Source: Botryllus schlosseri
Taxonomy: Eukaryota
Direction: 5' to 3'
Length of the DNA: 60,000 nt
NCBI GenBank assembly: GCA_051294905.1
Contig: CM119372.1
Location: 8,434,001-8,494,000, forward strand
The translations under genes were made by a program, and so were the position numbers. Numbering within the stretch: the first letter of the stretch is position 1; the number at the start of each line of letters is the position of its first letter. This document shows, one piece after another, positions 46,471-58,482 of this stretch. A model generated the notes under the pieces. That model ran no database searches. It was not told the origin of the DNA and worked only from the letters and a program-made list of their open reading frames with translations.

Positions 46471-47939
46471 CAGGGGTTCTCAACCCGCGGCCCGCAGACG
46501 TTCTTTTTGCGGCCCGCGACATTTTTCATCATGAACGCAATTATTAGGGGGACGGTATTGTTACATATCAATTTAGCTACTTGGCTCTCTTATCGCACCG
46601 TCTCTGTTTCATTTAATTACTCATTCTTTGATGTGTTCTGGATTCTTGATATACGCTCGAGTTTAGATTGTTTTTGTTTTGAATCGCTATTCGGCTGGAC
46701 TCTGGTTCAAGCGGACCCAGCTTCGTAGTACACTTTTATAGAGTGTTTCACTCACCGCGAATGATTTGAACAGAAACAAGAAAAGGGAACGGGACATTAA
46801 ACGTCGAAAACTGGGTCGTCGAAAACTGGGTTTGTAACTCTGCGCGCAACAATGAATTTGCTTTCTCGGATATAAACGGAAACCAATGTGTCATATTTGT
46901 CGAAGAACACTTGTAGCAAAGAAGGTTTGAAGCTTACAATGATACCACGACAGTTTCTTCTGGAGTTACACATATCACCTGATCTTAGAAAGAACGCTGC
47001 CACCTAGGTGTCAAACCAAGCAATTCAAATTTCGAGACATTGTTAAAATTGCCGACGACGTTACTGGCGCATCGTTCAAAATTGATTGGAATAACCCTAA
47101 ACCGAAGAAATCTGCCAGAGAAGATGTATTTTAATTAAACTTTAAAATACTGCGGGAATATTCGCTGTTTCCTGCGCTTAGCGCCAAGAACAACATCTCC
47201 TGACAAATTTCGACGCTACAGTTGTCTGATTCAACCGTGACCAGATGAGTAACAGCAATGTCAGTCGATCTTTACCGCATGTTCTGAAACACGTTGCCGC
47301 GGAGACTACTCTAGCCTCGCATTGGACTAATCCACTGGCTCCACATACATTACAGAGCTAATTATCTGGGTACATTTATCAGAGGAAGCATATTTGCAGA
47401 CGAAATGCTGGCTGGGCAAAAGGGGGGAGGGGCCAGCGAAAAACATCAACTTGATAGAGCTGACTTTTGTAACTATGGAATGAAAGGAGAAGGGTTGATT
47501 GGTTTGCTCAGAAATGACCTCGAACGCCAGACTTCTTCTCATATATTTGCGAGCTTAAAGTGATAATTGCCTCAGTACAGAAAACTGACAGTAATTTAAT
47601 GCTTGCTCGCTCACGCATTGAGACAGAGAATTTGGTTCTCTAGTGGGAGAGTTCGAAGGTGCATATAACGACTTGCACGCTCCATCAAGGGAGTTACTTG
47701 CGCCGCTGGAAGATACTTATTCTCACAAAAAAACAGCAACTGCAAACTTACGAACGCCGTCCATCAATGCTTTAGAATTCATAAAAATGTCCTAAATGCC
47801 CGTATGCGATTGGTAGATAGGCTACAGAAGCCCAAATTTAATAGTAGCCCAAAAATACATGGTCATAATATTCTGCGGCCCGCAGCGTCATTAACTGTTG
47901 AAATGCGGCCCGTTACACAACGGAAGTTGAGAACCCCTG
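46471..47939 (+). mobile_element. Internally deleted Buster/Charlie-type hAT transposon
   Basis: CAGGGGTTCTCAAC...GTTGAGAACCCCTG; perfect TSD TAATACAG; GCGGCCCG subterminal repeats; transposase remnants. Confidence 0.92.
46860..47480 (+). pseudogene. Decayed hAT transposase fragment (GTF2IRD2/SCAND3/Buster-like)
   Basis: Translated fragments KPMCHIC (46880), LQLSDSTVTR*VTAMSVD (47215) and YSSLALD*STGSTYITELIIWV (47307) resemble the Buster-family LS..TV.RR and SLALDEST motifs; stops and frameshifts present. Confidence 0.75.
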
Positions 47940-48660
47940 TAATACAGTATTATTCGACTTCATAGGCCCCGCTTACAATACTGATATCATTCATAGGCCT
48001 ACCGCGCGACGAGCCGTCCGGGGTTGCGCTGTATAATTCGAAAGTATAGCATCTAGCCAAGAAGAATCTTGCAATTTCGAAAATCACTGCCGGGGATTGA
48101 CTAACGAATGTCTACGACGCATTGTCCCTAATATATTTACTTACTCAACTATTTATCTGAATCATTTTAACAGACTTAAGGTGTCTTACTATCGCTTCAA
48201 CTTGCAATTGAGTACAAATTTACTTTGTTAATATTTATCACTTTGATCACCCCCGTCTAGTAGGACTATGTAGCAGTAGGCATTTTCTCACTGCATTCTA
48301 AGTAACCAAGGATTCTTGCCCGTCCATGAACCAGAATTTCTAACATCGTCACTTCAAAACGTATAGTCTACTCTGTATATATGAGTCGACAAACATTACA
48401 TTTCATTGCTTTAATATAGTACTATAGGATATATACATACGATAATAAGTGATGCGAAAATATAGATAGAATTGCTTCGTACATTCACATTTCATTGTCA
48501 TTGCATTAGTGTTCATTAGTGCTGCTTGCGCCTTGCCGGCATTGCAGTGTAACATATAGGAACGTGAAGTGCAGTCAGGTCGAGGTTCAACTTGTTTCTT
48601 CGAGGTTGGCAGACCATACTCTCCGAAGGCAGGGAAATTGAACCGTATCACCCCTCCTTC

Positions 48661-51600
48661 TCAACGCCATAAGCTTCTGATGAAATCCTTGACCTTGCCA
48701 TGCTCTCGGAAATCACCAGAGCCGTTTTCGTGACCAATCGAAGGCACCGCGGAAACTCTATGATTTTTCTTGGTGGCATACTTCTCGCGCACGAACTGCT
48801 GCGGAGCGGTCTCGATACATCGGTGGCTCTCAATGAGTTCGAGGGCGCAAGCGCATATCTGAAAGACGAAAGGGAGTGTTTTGGGAATTCTCGAATCGGC
48901 TGTTTCCCTCATACAAATACACACTTGATCGCGGAAGTTTTTCATGTACGACCGCACCGTTGAAGATAGCACGCACTGCAACACATCTTGAAGCGTCTTT
49001 GGGTCTTTTCCTGTAAATTGAATTTTTGACCCATAGTAAAAGAAACAAACGCACCCAAACCCCAGGCGCACAGGCATACATTTATCCACTATTTCGCAGC
49101 ACTGTTGTATATATTCAAATGAAATGTGCAACCAGATTCTTACATCACTTTCTACGAGCCAAAGTATATACAGTTATACACCTTACGTCTGTCGCCACAA
49201 TGTAGGCTAGGGCACTTCAAAAATGACTTTTTTTCTCAAATCGTACTGGCTACTTGATAAAATTGTTAGGTTAGCTAATTTAAGCCTACACGCCAAATTT
49301 GGTTCAATTCCAACCAGTAGCCGCATAGCTACAGAAGAAGAAATTTAATATTTATTATATAAAAATAAATAACAAAAAATTTGAAATTTTCTGTTCACCC
49401 CATGAAAGTGTTAGGTTGCCTATGGAAACGATGTTCACCAAATTTGGTTCAGTTCCAAACAGTGGAAGCGGTGTTATTGCCGTCGAAAAATTTGGATTTG
49501 AGTAAAATGGTATGATGGTATAATGGAATAATTCAAGAATTTTATTCATAATCCAAATTTTTCGACGGCGATAACTCCGCTTCCACAACCCATACTCGAA
49601 GGAAGGCTTTGCCTGCTTGCACTATTTCCTCAAGTGGTTATGACTAGTTCTACATCCACTTTCAGTTTTTTAGGTGAAACTGGGCCTGGAAGACACGCTT
49701 TCTACTTACTTGGAAATAGCTACTCCTACTTGAAATGAAGGAGAAATTCACAACGTTACTTCTATAATTCTACTTCAGTACCAACGATGAATACTTTGTC
49801 CAACTTTACGCACACTGTCGTATTGAAATGCCTGCAGAGGTTGTCGAAGTAGCCAGCATTGGTACTACTACAGAAGTAGAAGGAACGACGTAAATTCCTA
49901 CTCAACTACAAGTTGAAGTAGCGAATTCCTAAACATCCCGAAATGTTTTCAAGCAGAAGTTAAAATGAAGGTATGAAAAGCACTCAAGTAAGCAATTACA
50001 ACGTAGATTTGATCATGGGATCACATACTTTAGGCCAGTGGTTCCCAAGTGCGGCCCCCAGATAGCCTTCTTGCGGCCCCCAAAATATATTAGGAAATCG
50101 ATTAATGACAAAAATGAAATATATATTTATAAAATACTATTGCTTGAATTTACCTCTGTGGTTTTTAATTATAGAATTGCAGCAAAGTTGTGAGTATAGA
50201 CTGCTAACGTTATGTCACTGCTGTTTCAATGCAATGTGCCCTAACTTTCCAGTTGAACGAGCAGTAGCTATACATATAAATAGGTATTGATAACTTTCAA
50301 AACCGGAGGAAAATCTCTCCCTCGTGGTCGCTTGACTAAAAATGAAAAAGAGGCTCAACTCCCGGAAAATACAGTTTTTCTTTAACATTAACAGGTGGTT
50401 GACTGAAAAAAAACCTTTCCGGTCCAGCTCCGAAATAGCCGCTGTAGCGTTCCTACAGTGCTGACTTAATGTATATCAGTCGAATTTGGCCCTATATGCA
50501 ACCAAAATCCTCAAAAAAGAAGACAAAATATCAAAAAAAAAGACATTTGGGTGTCCTCCGAGGACACTTTCAAAACAATCAAAAAAGAGGACAAATCATC
50601 TTGAAAGAGGACGTATGGTAAACCTATGAAAACTAGATGTGCATCACGTGCCTCACGGTTGAATACGCCGAGATGCATACTGCTTAGTCGGCTAAAAGCA
50701 GCATAATTGGCAGTCCTATATTCAGGGCCGTAACTGCCGCACCCCAAACCCCCCAATTGAGTAGGCCGAGCTCGAAGGGGGACCAAAATTATTTCGTGAA
50801 TTGGTATAAATTATAGAGTATTTTTTGAGATTTTATGCAACTTCTTCAATAACTTTTCGCTCTGGGCGCGATTTCAATTCGCCGCATATCTTGATTATTG
50901 GGTACTCTCCCCCAAGAAAAAATACGCAAGATTTATAGAAATGGGCATATCAGCGTTGACCATGACCGCACCAAAACGCACCAAGACATATAAAGATTTA
51001 GGCCATGTAACATGTGACTCCAAGAAGTGTGAACGGTCGGCAGCGAGAATGCCTTGGCCGTGAAGGACTGCTTTTATGCTGACCAAAAACTTCGAAATAC
51101 CAGAAACTTCGTTATGTATACAAAATGCATATAGATTTATTTGTCCATATAGGCACCTAAATGACTGGCGCCGAATGTTCTTGTCTTGGCAATCTGAACC
51201 TCACAAGACAAATACCATCCTGCAGGAAAGAAAATTATATGCCAGTGAAGAATTACCAATCTGAAATCGAGTGATCTTCCAGTTTAGTAGGTTTGGGCAA
51301 TTCTACATTTTTTGATATAGCAGACATCAGGATGTCACGAAATAACATCATGTGAAGAAGTCATACCTAGGGTTTAATTTTACGGGGTCTGCAGTTTCAA
51401 GACACCTCTCACTCAGCTCTACCGGTAAATCGGATTACGTGGGCAAAGAGGACAACCACGCAATTCCCGATCTTATTCAACGATTTTATCATGAATTATC
51501 GAAATATTCGGGCGTCGCGCTGTCTCAATAAACAGTACAACTTTAATTTCGTGGCAAAAGCGAACAACGTCATTCGGGGTCAGTTTATCACCCTATGGGG

Positions 51601-54600
51601 GCCCGGGGTCCTAACAAAGTGCCGTTACGTTCATGCCAACTGGTATACCCCCGGATATGTTTAATTCCTATTGAGGGGGCCTATGCCTTTACAAACACAC
51701 CTCACTCAGCTCTACCGGTAAATCAGATTACGTGAACGGAGACAAGATGAAAATTGATAGCAATACATGCAATTCCCGATCATATTGACCGATTCAGTGA
51801 TGAAACTAAAGAAATTTCTCGCGCTTCGCGCGTTAAGACGAGAAAAGCTGATTCACTCAACGGACACCCAATACAGCAGATAATTAGCGGTAAACAGTGG
51901 ACAGTTTTGAAATCTCGCCAGGGCAATAAAACTACTCCGAAATACCCATGATGACTGTTTGGGTCCGTTTCATAGTCGTAGTATTCGTGCGGCCCCGACC
52001 GTACTCTGAAATTCTAAATTTGGCCCTCACACCGAAAAAGTTTGGGAACCACTGCTTTAGGCTATTTTTGGAATTGGAAGTGTCTTTTGAAAAATGACCT
52101 TATAGGCCACAACTAAGTGCAATTTTCGACAATACGTTTAGTTACCGTGATAGTGCGAAGTTTATCCAAGTTGCTATGACAATTTCATAAAATTGATGTA
52201 AACATACACCAAAACTACATTCTACTTTAAAAAATCTACAGTTTGAAAAACAAGTAGTTTTTCTCAAAAAGCTGCGACGTAGAAGCGGGAGTAGTCCATA
52301 AACATAGCCACTCTGAGAGTAAGTATATACAGGAAAAACTCGAGTACTCTGGCAAAGAACTACTTCGTCAATGATCCTCTCTGGAGTCAAGTTACCCAAA
52401 ATGAAATTACATACAAGCCATTCGGAATGCGAAACTTTTAAAATTATACACGAAACCACAACTTCGCACTGTAAATAGTTCAATTAACAATATGTAGTGT
52501 TTAATTTAATTACGGTACAAATCAGACACAGACCGGCATCATTAGAGTCCCGCTTGGCCAACAGACAAATCGCGGCGCTTATCGCTGCCCCCGCCAAAAC
52601 AGAGCAGGAATACTGGTGATAGCGATCGTACAGCATAGCGATTTCCGTCAGGTACACGGCCAGCGACTTCATCTCGGAGGTGGCGCCAGAGTCCTGAAGC
52701 GAATGAAGCAAAATTACGGTCATTACAAAGGAGAGACTCGGATAACCGGAGAAAAGAACTGGACAACGAGATAATTTTCGAGTTACCGAACTAGACTAAT
52801 TATAGCGAAATGCCGGTTATCTAATTCAAATCTAATTTTGATTCTAATCCAAAATATAGTTTTCCTGAAAATGATACAGGATAAATGTATAGTGCGAAAC
52901 GAGCCAAGCTTGGTGTACTCTGTACAGTATGGCTGTTCAAAAATAACTTTTTTTCCCGGATTCCGACCATTGACTTATTAAATTGTCAGGTCACCCTAAA
53001 AAACGCTGCACACCAAATTTGGCTCAATTCTAACGAGTATAGGACTCCGCAGACCCAATTAAAATTTTTAATTTATAAGGGAAAATTAAAAAAAAAATCA
53101 AATTTTTCTGCCAACCCCATGAAATTGTCGAGCTGTCTTCAAAGACGATGCAAAACAAATTTGACTCAATTCCGACCAGTATAAGCGGAGTTATGTGAGT
53201 TTTTCGTTGATAATTCTCGGATGATCCACCGATCAAGGATAATCCGAGGATTATCATCGAAAAACTCACATACCTCCGCTTATACTGGTCGGAATTGAGT
53301 CAAATTTGTTTTGCATCGCCTTTGAAGACAGCTCAACAATTTCATGGGGTCGGAAAGAAGATTTTAAATTTTTTTTTTTCAATTTTCCCTAATCAATTAA
53401 AAATTTTAATTGGATCTGCGGAGTCCTATACTCGTTAGAATTGAACCAAATTTGGTGTGCAGCGTTTTTTAGGGTAACCTGACAATTTAATCAGTGAATG
53501 GCTGGAATCCGGGAAAAAAAGTTATTTTTGAACAGCCCTACTGTACAGTGTACGAACATTTGCCAATCTCATGATAATGAGATTAAACTCTGATTTGGTA
53601 TGAACTGAACTTGATTTTCGCTGCATTTCTTTCTAATTCGGGACGTAATTTAATCACCAAGTTTCTGCGACTTCAGTAATTCTAATCTAATTTGTAAAAA
53701 AACTCTGTGCAGAAACAATTCTAATTCTAATAAGTTTGGAAAAGTCGAAATTGTTTTAGTTGTCCAGCTCTGCCGGAGTACGCAAGGAAACCAACGTGTA
53801 GTAGCAAGCCCACGAATTGATGAGACGTAGGCACGGCCATCGCGCTTCCCAGCACTTTAAGAATGAGCCTCTCCATGAGTATAACTTCAGATTTGGCGTA
53901 AGTGTCCGCGGTCACGTACGCGAATTCGTCAGCATCGGGCGGGTAAATTTCCTCGTACTTGGCGGCTATGAACATCGCAGTCGTGCCTAAAAGTTGCAGT
54001 TTCGACCGCGCCACCGTCATGAGCGACAAAAACCTGTCGCTGTAAGCGACCGCTAACGCCAGAGTCTCATTTTCAAGCTTGTACTCGTCCTGTACTTCGA
54101 CCAGCCAATCCACGAGTTTCGTTCTCATGTTGCTGCTAATTTCGGGCTGGCTGTCCATGAAAGCACGCGGCACGCGATACTTAGACTCTGCGAGGCGCAT
54201 GTTTCGCAGAATGTCAGGGAAATATTCGTTGATAATGTCTACGCCGTGGTCAAGATGTACAGAGGATCGACGCGATATCATCGCCGTGCGATTGTGGCTA
54301 GCCTGGTCGCTTTTGCAAAGTTCTGCGTCGGCCGTCGGAGCGGTGTTTTGATTACATGAGAAAAAGGCGGAATCGTTGATTTGTTGTTGCTCTGCGCTTT
54401 CGCATTCTAACAACGAAGAATCTGATATGGTGTCCAGGCTTACTGACATGGAAGAATCAGGGCTGTCGGTTTCGTGATATCTCGAGGACGGGTAAAATAT
54501 CTCTTCGTACCCGCTGACGAGATTGGGAACGGCAGCCTGATCTCGGAGGGGAAACGGCTTCATGGGCGGGACCGATAAGGTCTGAAGCGGTTTTCTGTCG

Positions 54601-55388
54601 CGGTTTTTACAGTGTTGAACGTGTCGTTCGGATTTGCTCTTTGGAAAGGCGGCGTTTCTGTGAAAAGAACGTTTGGAATTGAATTAAGGTTGAATAGAGC
54701 GGGAAATTTTGGAAATTATGCACGCCAGATGGCATGCTAGATCAAGATGAGAAGCTGTGGTTCATTTAATCGGAGGTAGTTGTCGCTTGGCGGCCGTTTG
54801 AACCACGATCAATGTAATGCGCATTGTATACTGCACAGTGCACATGCAAAGTGCACACTGCACAGTCTGCACACATATATACTGCACATACCACTGAATG
54901 AGGCAATTGCAATTAGTTTGCACGGTATGGAATATTTCCTCTCACATGACCAATCTGCTGATGTGATCCCTGAAGTGTTAGCATTCATGAAACAAAACAG
55001 CTTCATAGATTACAAATTTTGAGGTTTCGCCGATACCCTGAAAATGGTTTGCGGATCCCCGGCTACCGTGTGTCTGGTGGACTGGTGGTATTTAATATCT
55101 GATTCGATGAACGACTCAAGGCTTATAATTAGCACCGCTAATAGTAACTTCAGCGTACCCGTAACGTTCGGCGCCGAAATTTTCTTTATTATCGAGTCCA
55201 GGCATCAAGCTCTTGCAACGACCGGCTATCTCATATTCGAATTGTTTCACGTCGTTTCCACCATTTCTTTGTACAAGCCACTTGTGGCTTGTTTTAGCTG
55301 CTCTAGCAGGCTGTACACGCTTATCTGAAATTCCTTGCTTGTTTCCATCCAGTGCTCCGAGTGGTTTTCGCCCTTGAATCAGTGCCAT
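48661..55388 (-). CDS. Cyclin A-like protein (divergent), 4 exons, about 533 aa
   Basis: complement join(55388-55159,54657-53796,52693-52534,49010-48661), GT-AG and frame-consistent (1602 nt). D-box RKPLGALDGN, KEN, cyclin box QPEISSNMRTKLVDWLVEV..EYKL..ETL.LAV..DRFLS, KLQLLGTTAMFIAAKYEEIYPP, C-terminal QQFVREKY. Confidence 0.9.
49208..49590. mobile_element. Partial foldback MITE related to 34237-34734
   Basis: TAGGGCACTTCAAAAATGACTTTT...ACTGGCTACTTGATAAAATTGTTA; palindromic core 49463-49585. Confidence 0.6.
50281..50626. mobile_element. Nested TAGGGTTACCATA-family MITE (decayed)
   Basis: GAGGAC repeats and GAGGACGTATGGTAAACCTA end match 28730-28824. Confidence 0.7.
50723..51635. mobile_element. 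Nested CAGGGCCGTAAC-family MITE
   Basis: CAGGGCCGTAAC...GTTACGTTCATG; ends match 1-79 and 44540-44598; TSD not preserved. Confidence 0.7.
52754..53772. mobile_element. hAT-like element (TIR CAGAGCTGGACAAC, TTCTAA repeats) filling cyclin intron 2
   Basis: AAGAACTGGACAAC...GTTGTCCAGCTCTG; TSD CCGGAGAA/CCGGAGTA. Confidence 0.75.
52925..53543. mobile_element. Near-perfect foldback MITE, Tc1/mariner-like (TA-flanked)
   Basis: TA|CAGTATGGCTGTTCAAAAATAAC...GTTATTTTTGAACAGCCCTACTG|TA; arms of about 300 bp pair almost to the centre near 53232. Confidence 0.92.
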
Positions 55389-56594
55389 GATTGGTCTGAC
55401 ACAGTCTGGCTTTGGTGCATTTGATATACAAGAGAATATGGCTGAATATAATATCGTAATTATTAGTAAAATGGAGATATGTAGATCGCATACGCCTAAA
55501 AGTATTATCTTCCCCAACGACGACGTTCTGCTATCGGAGTAATTTACGCAGCACTGCTGGCGTTAAATTCCTTCAATAACAAATATCTACTGGCTGTCCG
55601 GCATTCACCATGCCAACAAAATACAAAGGGCACCGCGGCGGCGTCACAATCATCATTTTGAAAAGTTGTATTGTTATGATTGACTTGAGACCTTCTCTTT
55701 ACGTAATAATATGAAGTATGCGAATTGTAAACAATATCGTACATGTGGGTGATGCTGTACATTGCATATGCACGACACATGCAGGACTTCCTATGCTGCT
55801 ATCCCTGATATATCATTCTTACTTTTCACCAGATCCGTCAGTGCGGACCCCGAGGTATATGTTTTTTATTGTTTTACCGTTGATATTATCCTGCGCTGAA
55901 ATGCTGTATACGATACGTCCAGCGATTGCGACTATCGGTTGTTCGGCAGATAGCAGCTAAAAAATTCCCGACTTGGGAGACCGATGCAGGTGGCATTGCG
56001 CATAGCATTACAGAACTATATGACACAGTGTAACAGGGATTATATATTAATAGCATTACATTATACTCAAAACACGCCGGGTCTTGTACACGGCATATAT
56101 TTTCACTGCAAAGTGCCATTGTCAAACGCACGGAATTTTATTTCCACCGACATTCTAATTAGAAGTGGACATGAGCACGTTTTCTTGCCAATCTCCATAT
56201 GGGTACACGACTTTTCTGCCCTGAATAATGTTATGATGATATACTGATAGTGCATAAATCACTGCACTATATACGAAAATATGTGTCGGGCTAAATTTTC
56301 AACAGTTGCTGGTTCGAGGTCAGATTTACGAGCCCAATAACTATTCTCAATTCTCATCAGTTTATGACACCTCGCTGACGCTGACGGTAGAACAGACTGA
56401 GTTAGCATAGTTTTGGTTTGATATTCACGGTGTCTTAGCATTTTTCACCAATCTTAGAATAGAATACATATCTATGTGATTCCTCAGTCGCCAACTTACA
56501 TTACCAGTTACAACACGCGGCCCCAAGTTTGTTGTACGCTTTTGTGCGCTACCGCTTCAGCAGATCGTTTAGTGACGAAGAGCCCAGAGAAACC

Positions 56595-56675
56595 TTTTTA
56601 TTCTGGTGCCGAGCTCGGTCGGAATCGAACCTGCAAACCAGTAATGTTGCACCGCAATGCCACTCGCCACCTCAC
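56595..56675 (-). mobile_element. tRNA-like head of a possible second SINE family (decayed)
   Basis: Minus strand reads GGTGGCGAGTGG...GCAGGTTCGATTCC (A/B-box-like); no cloverleaf or second copy seen. Confidence 0.4.
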
Positions 56676-56940
56676 TTTGAGAATGAGTATTTGGGACCAG
56701 TGTTCGAATATACTATGAATATGGTCATGAATATAATTTTATGCGATTAACAGGGAATAATCGATATTTTTTTCTTGTTGTAAGCTATTTTTTTTCTTGT
56801 CAAATTTACTTTCAAACATCCATCACTGAGCAACAGTAATAGCCAACAACACCGAGAAGAACGGCAACCCTGCTCAATGTGGGATGTGTACGTCTGGTTG
56901 TTCCGCTCGCTCTCTCTCGTTATCGGGATCTGGTAGAAAT

Positions 56941-57054
56941 ATGGCGCATCGAGGATATCCGCACAGATATCAGAAGCAGTATATATACAGCAAACGGGTT
57001 GCCGATAAAATGATTAATCCTGGCGATGGTCCTAGATCGCAGTTGGCTTGTCCG
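56941..57054 (+). CDS. Possible first coding exon of an unidentified gene
   Basis: AATATGG start, 38 open codons ending at CCG|GTACGT donor-like site; no family recognised, no downstream exon linked. Confidence 0.25.
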
Positions 57055-58397
57055 GTACGTCCGCGTGCGCGTGCTACTTTTTGAGCTGGTTTCCTAAAGC
57101 CAAAGGTCAACGGGAGTTACTAACTATATTTGGAAACAATGAAGACGGAGATAAAATTTTTTTTATTGGTTAGCGCAGAGTTAATTAGTTTCGAGTGCAT
57201 TTTCCGTGTTTAAAACTCGATCATTAAGTTCAAATATTTAATAAAAACCTTATACATATTTATACGAAGATATACTATATTTGGACCTATCGAACCTCGT
57301 ATTTCGGTGTTGGATCGTGTTGAATTAGAATCAATTTTATCATTAGCATACGGTACTGTTTGTCTTATGTGACGAGCGATGAATCAAGTCTTGAGATCGG
57401 CCATTTGATTCGCTCTACTGCAATTAGCGTGATGTTATGCTTTCGTCTTCGGATTCGCTTAATTCTATTGGGGTTTGCGTGAGCAGTGTGACCCATATTG
57501 CTGGATATGTAAGGTGTGAGGGTTACGGATGTACGTCTTGTCTGATATTTGCAATTAGAAATGTACTGTTTATTGATATTTTGGAGTTTTAGTAGTGGCG
57601 AAATATCAGTGTCAACGATGGCTTACACTCTAATCTCTCGAATCAGGTGTGAACGATTGCGGTCGATTGCTGGTGTACTTGTATATAGTACACAGATTAG
57701 CAGGCTTGCAGTATAAACACGTACCTTCCCTAATCGTCCAACGCTGCGCTGCGACACGCGACTAAAATAACTGACCAACAATGGAGGAAGTGGGGCACTA
57801 CGGTTAATCTCGCTATCTTTTCTCGAAAGCTTAGAATTTTTTACTCAGCATAATCGGCAATTGCTTGTACTGTGGAATAGTTTTGCTGTTTAGTAAGTAC
57901 GTCTTATCATCATAGGAAATATGGAAGTATAGGAAGTAAAGCTGTCTTGAATACGATCCGACTTATAGTTGAATTGTTATTTAAGTTGTGGAGTAGCCTG
58001 TATTGGAAATGATACTTATCCAAGTTAGAATCGCAATGTGATTTACGGAAAAAATTACAATATTTCACATTGAACGTAAATCTGAAACGTTATCATATAA
58101 TCTGGCTAGAAACACGTAGGCCTACCGACAATGTAGAAGACGGCCAGCAGTTGGGCAAGGACGGAAGGACGTAGTTTATTTTAGTCCTTGATGTTTTTTG
58201 CGGCATATACACCGACTCATGATACACACGATCTGTGCATATGCATACCACGAGTGCGTGATGTGCATATGCCGCTGGACAAGGAAGTGCAGATATAGAC
58301 TTTTACAGCTTTCTAAGTCATTCGCGCCGCCCCTCCAGCTATCCCAGTAATGCATGAGCGCCAAGCGGGGAAGTCATGGATACCAGTGTTACTAATC

Positions 58398-58482
58398 AGG
58401 TCTTTGGTCTGACCCGGCCGGGGATCGCACCCACGACCTACCGATCAAGAAGCCGGACGCTTCACCATTACGCTGTCTTGTC
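58398..58482 (-). mobile_element. 5' fragment (tRNA-like head) of the SINE family
   Basis: Reverse complement matches 3814-3897. Confidence 0.8.

Larger units (their letters stand above)
50036..52054. mobile_element. Buster/Charlie-type hAT element in cyclin intron 3, containing two nested MITEs
   Basis: CAGTGGTTCCCAA...TTGGGAACCACTG; perfect TSD CTTTAGGC. Confidence 0.9.

Noticed and set aside
54815..54895. TGCACA-rich tract, loosely similar to 58625-58700
   Set aside because: Low-complexity; homology not demonstrable by eye
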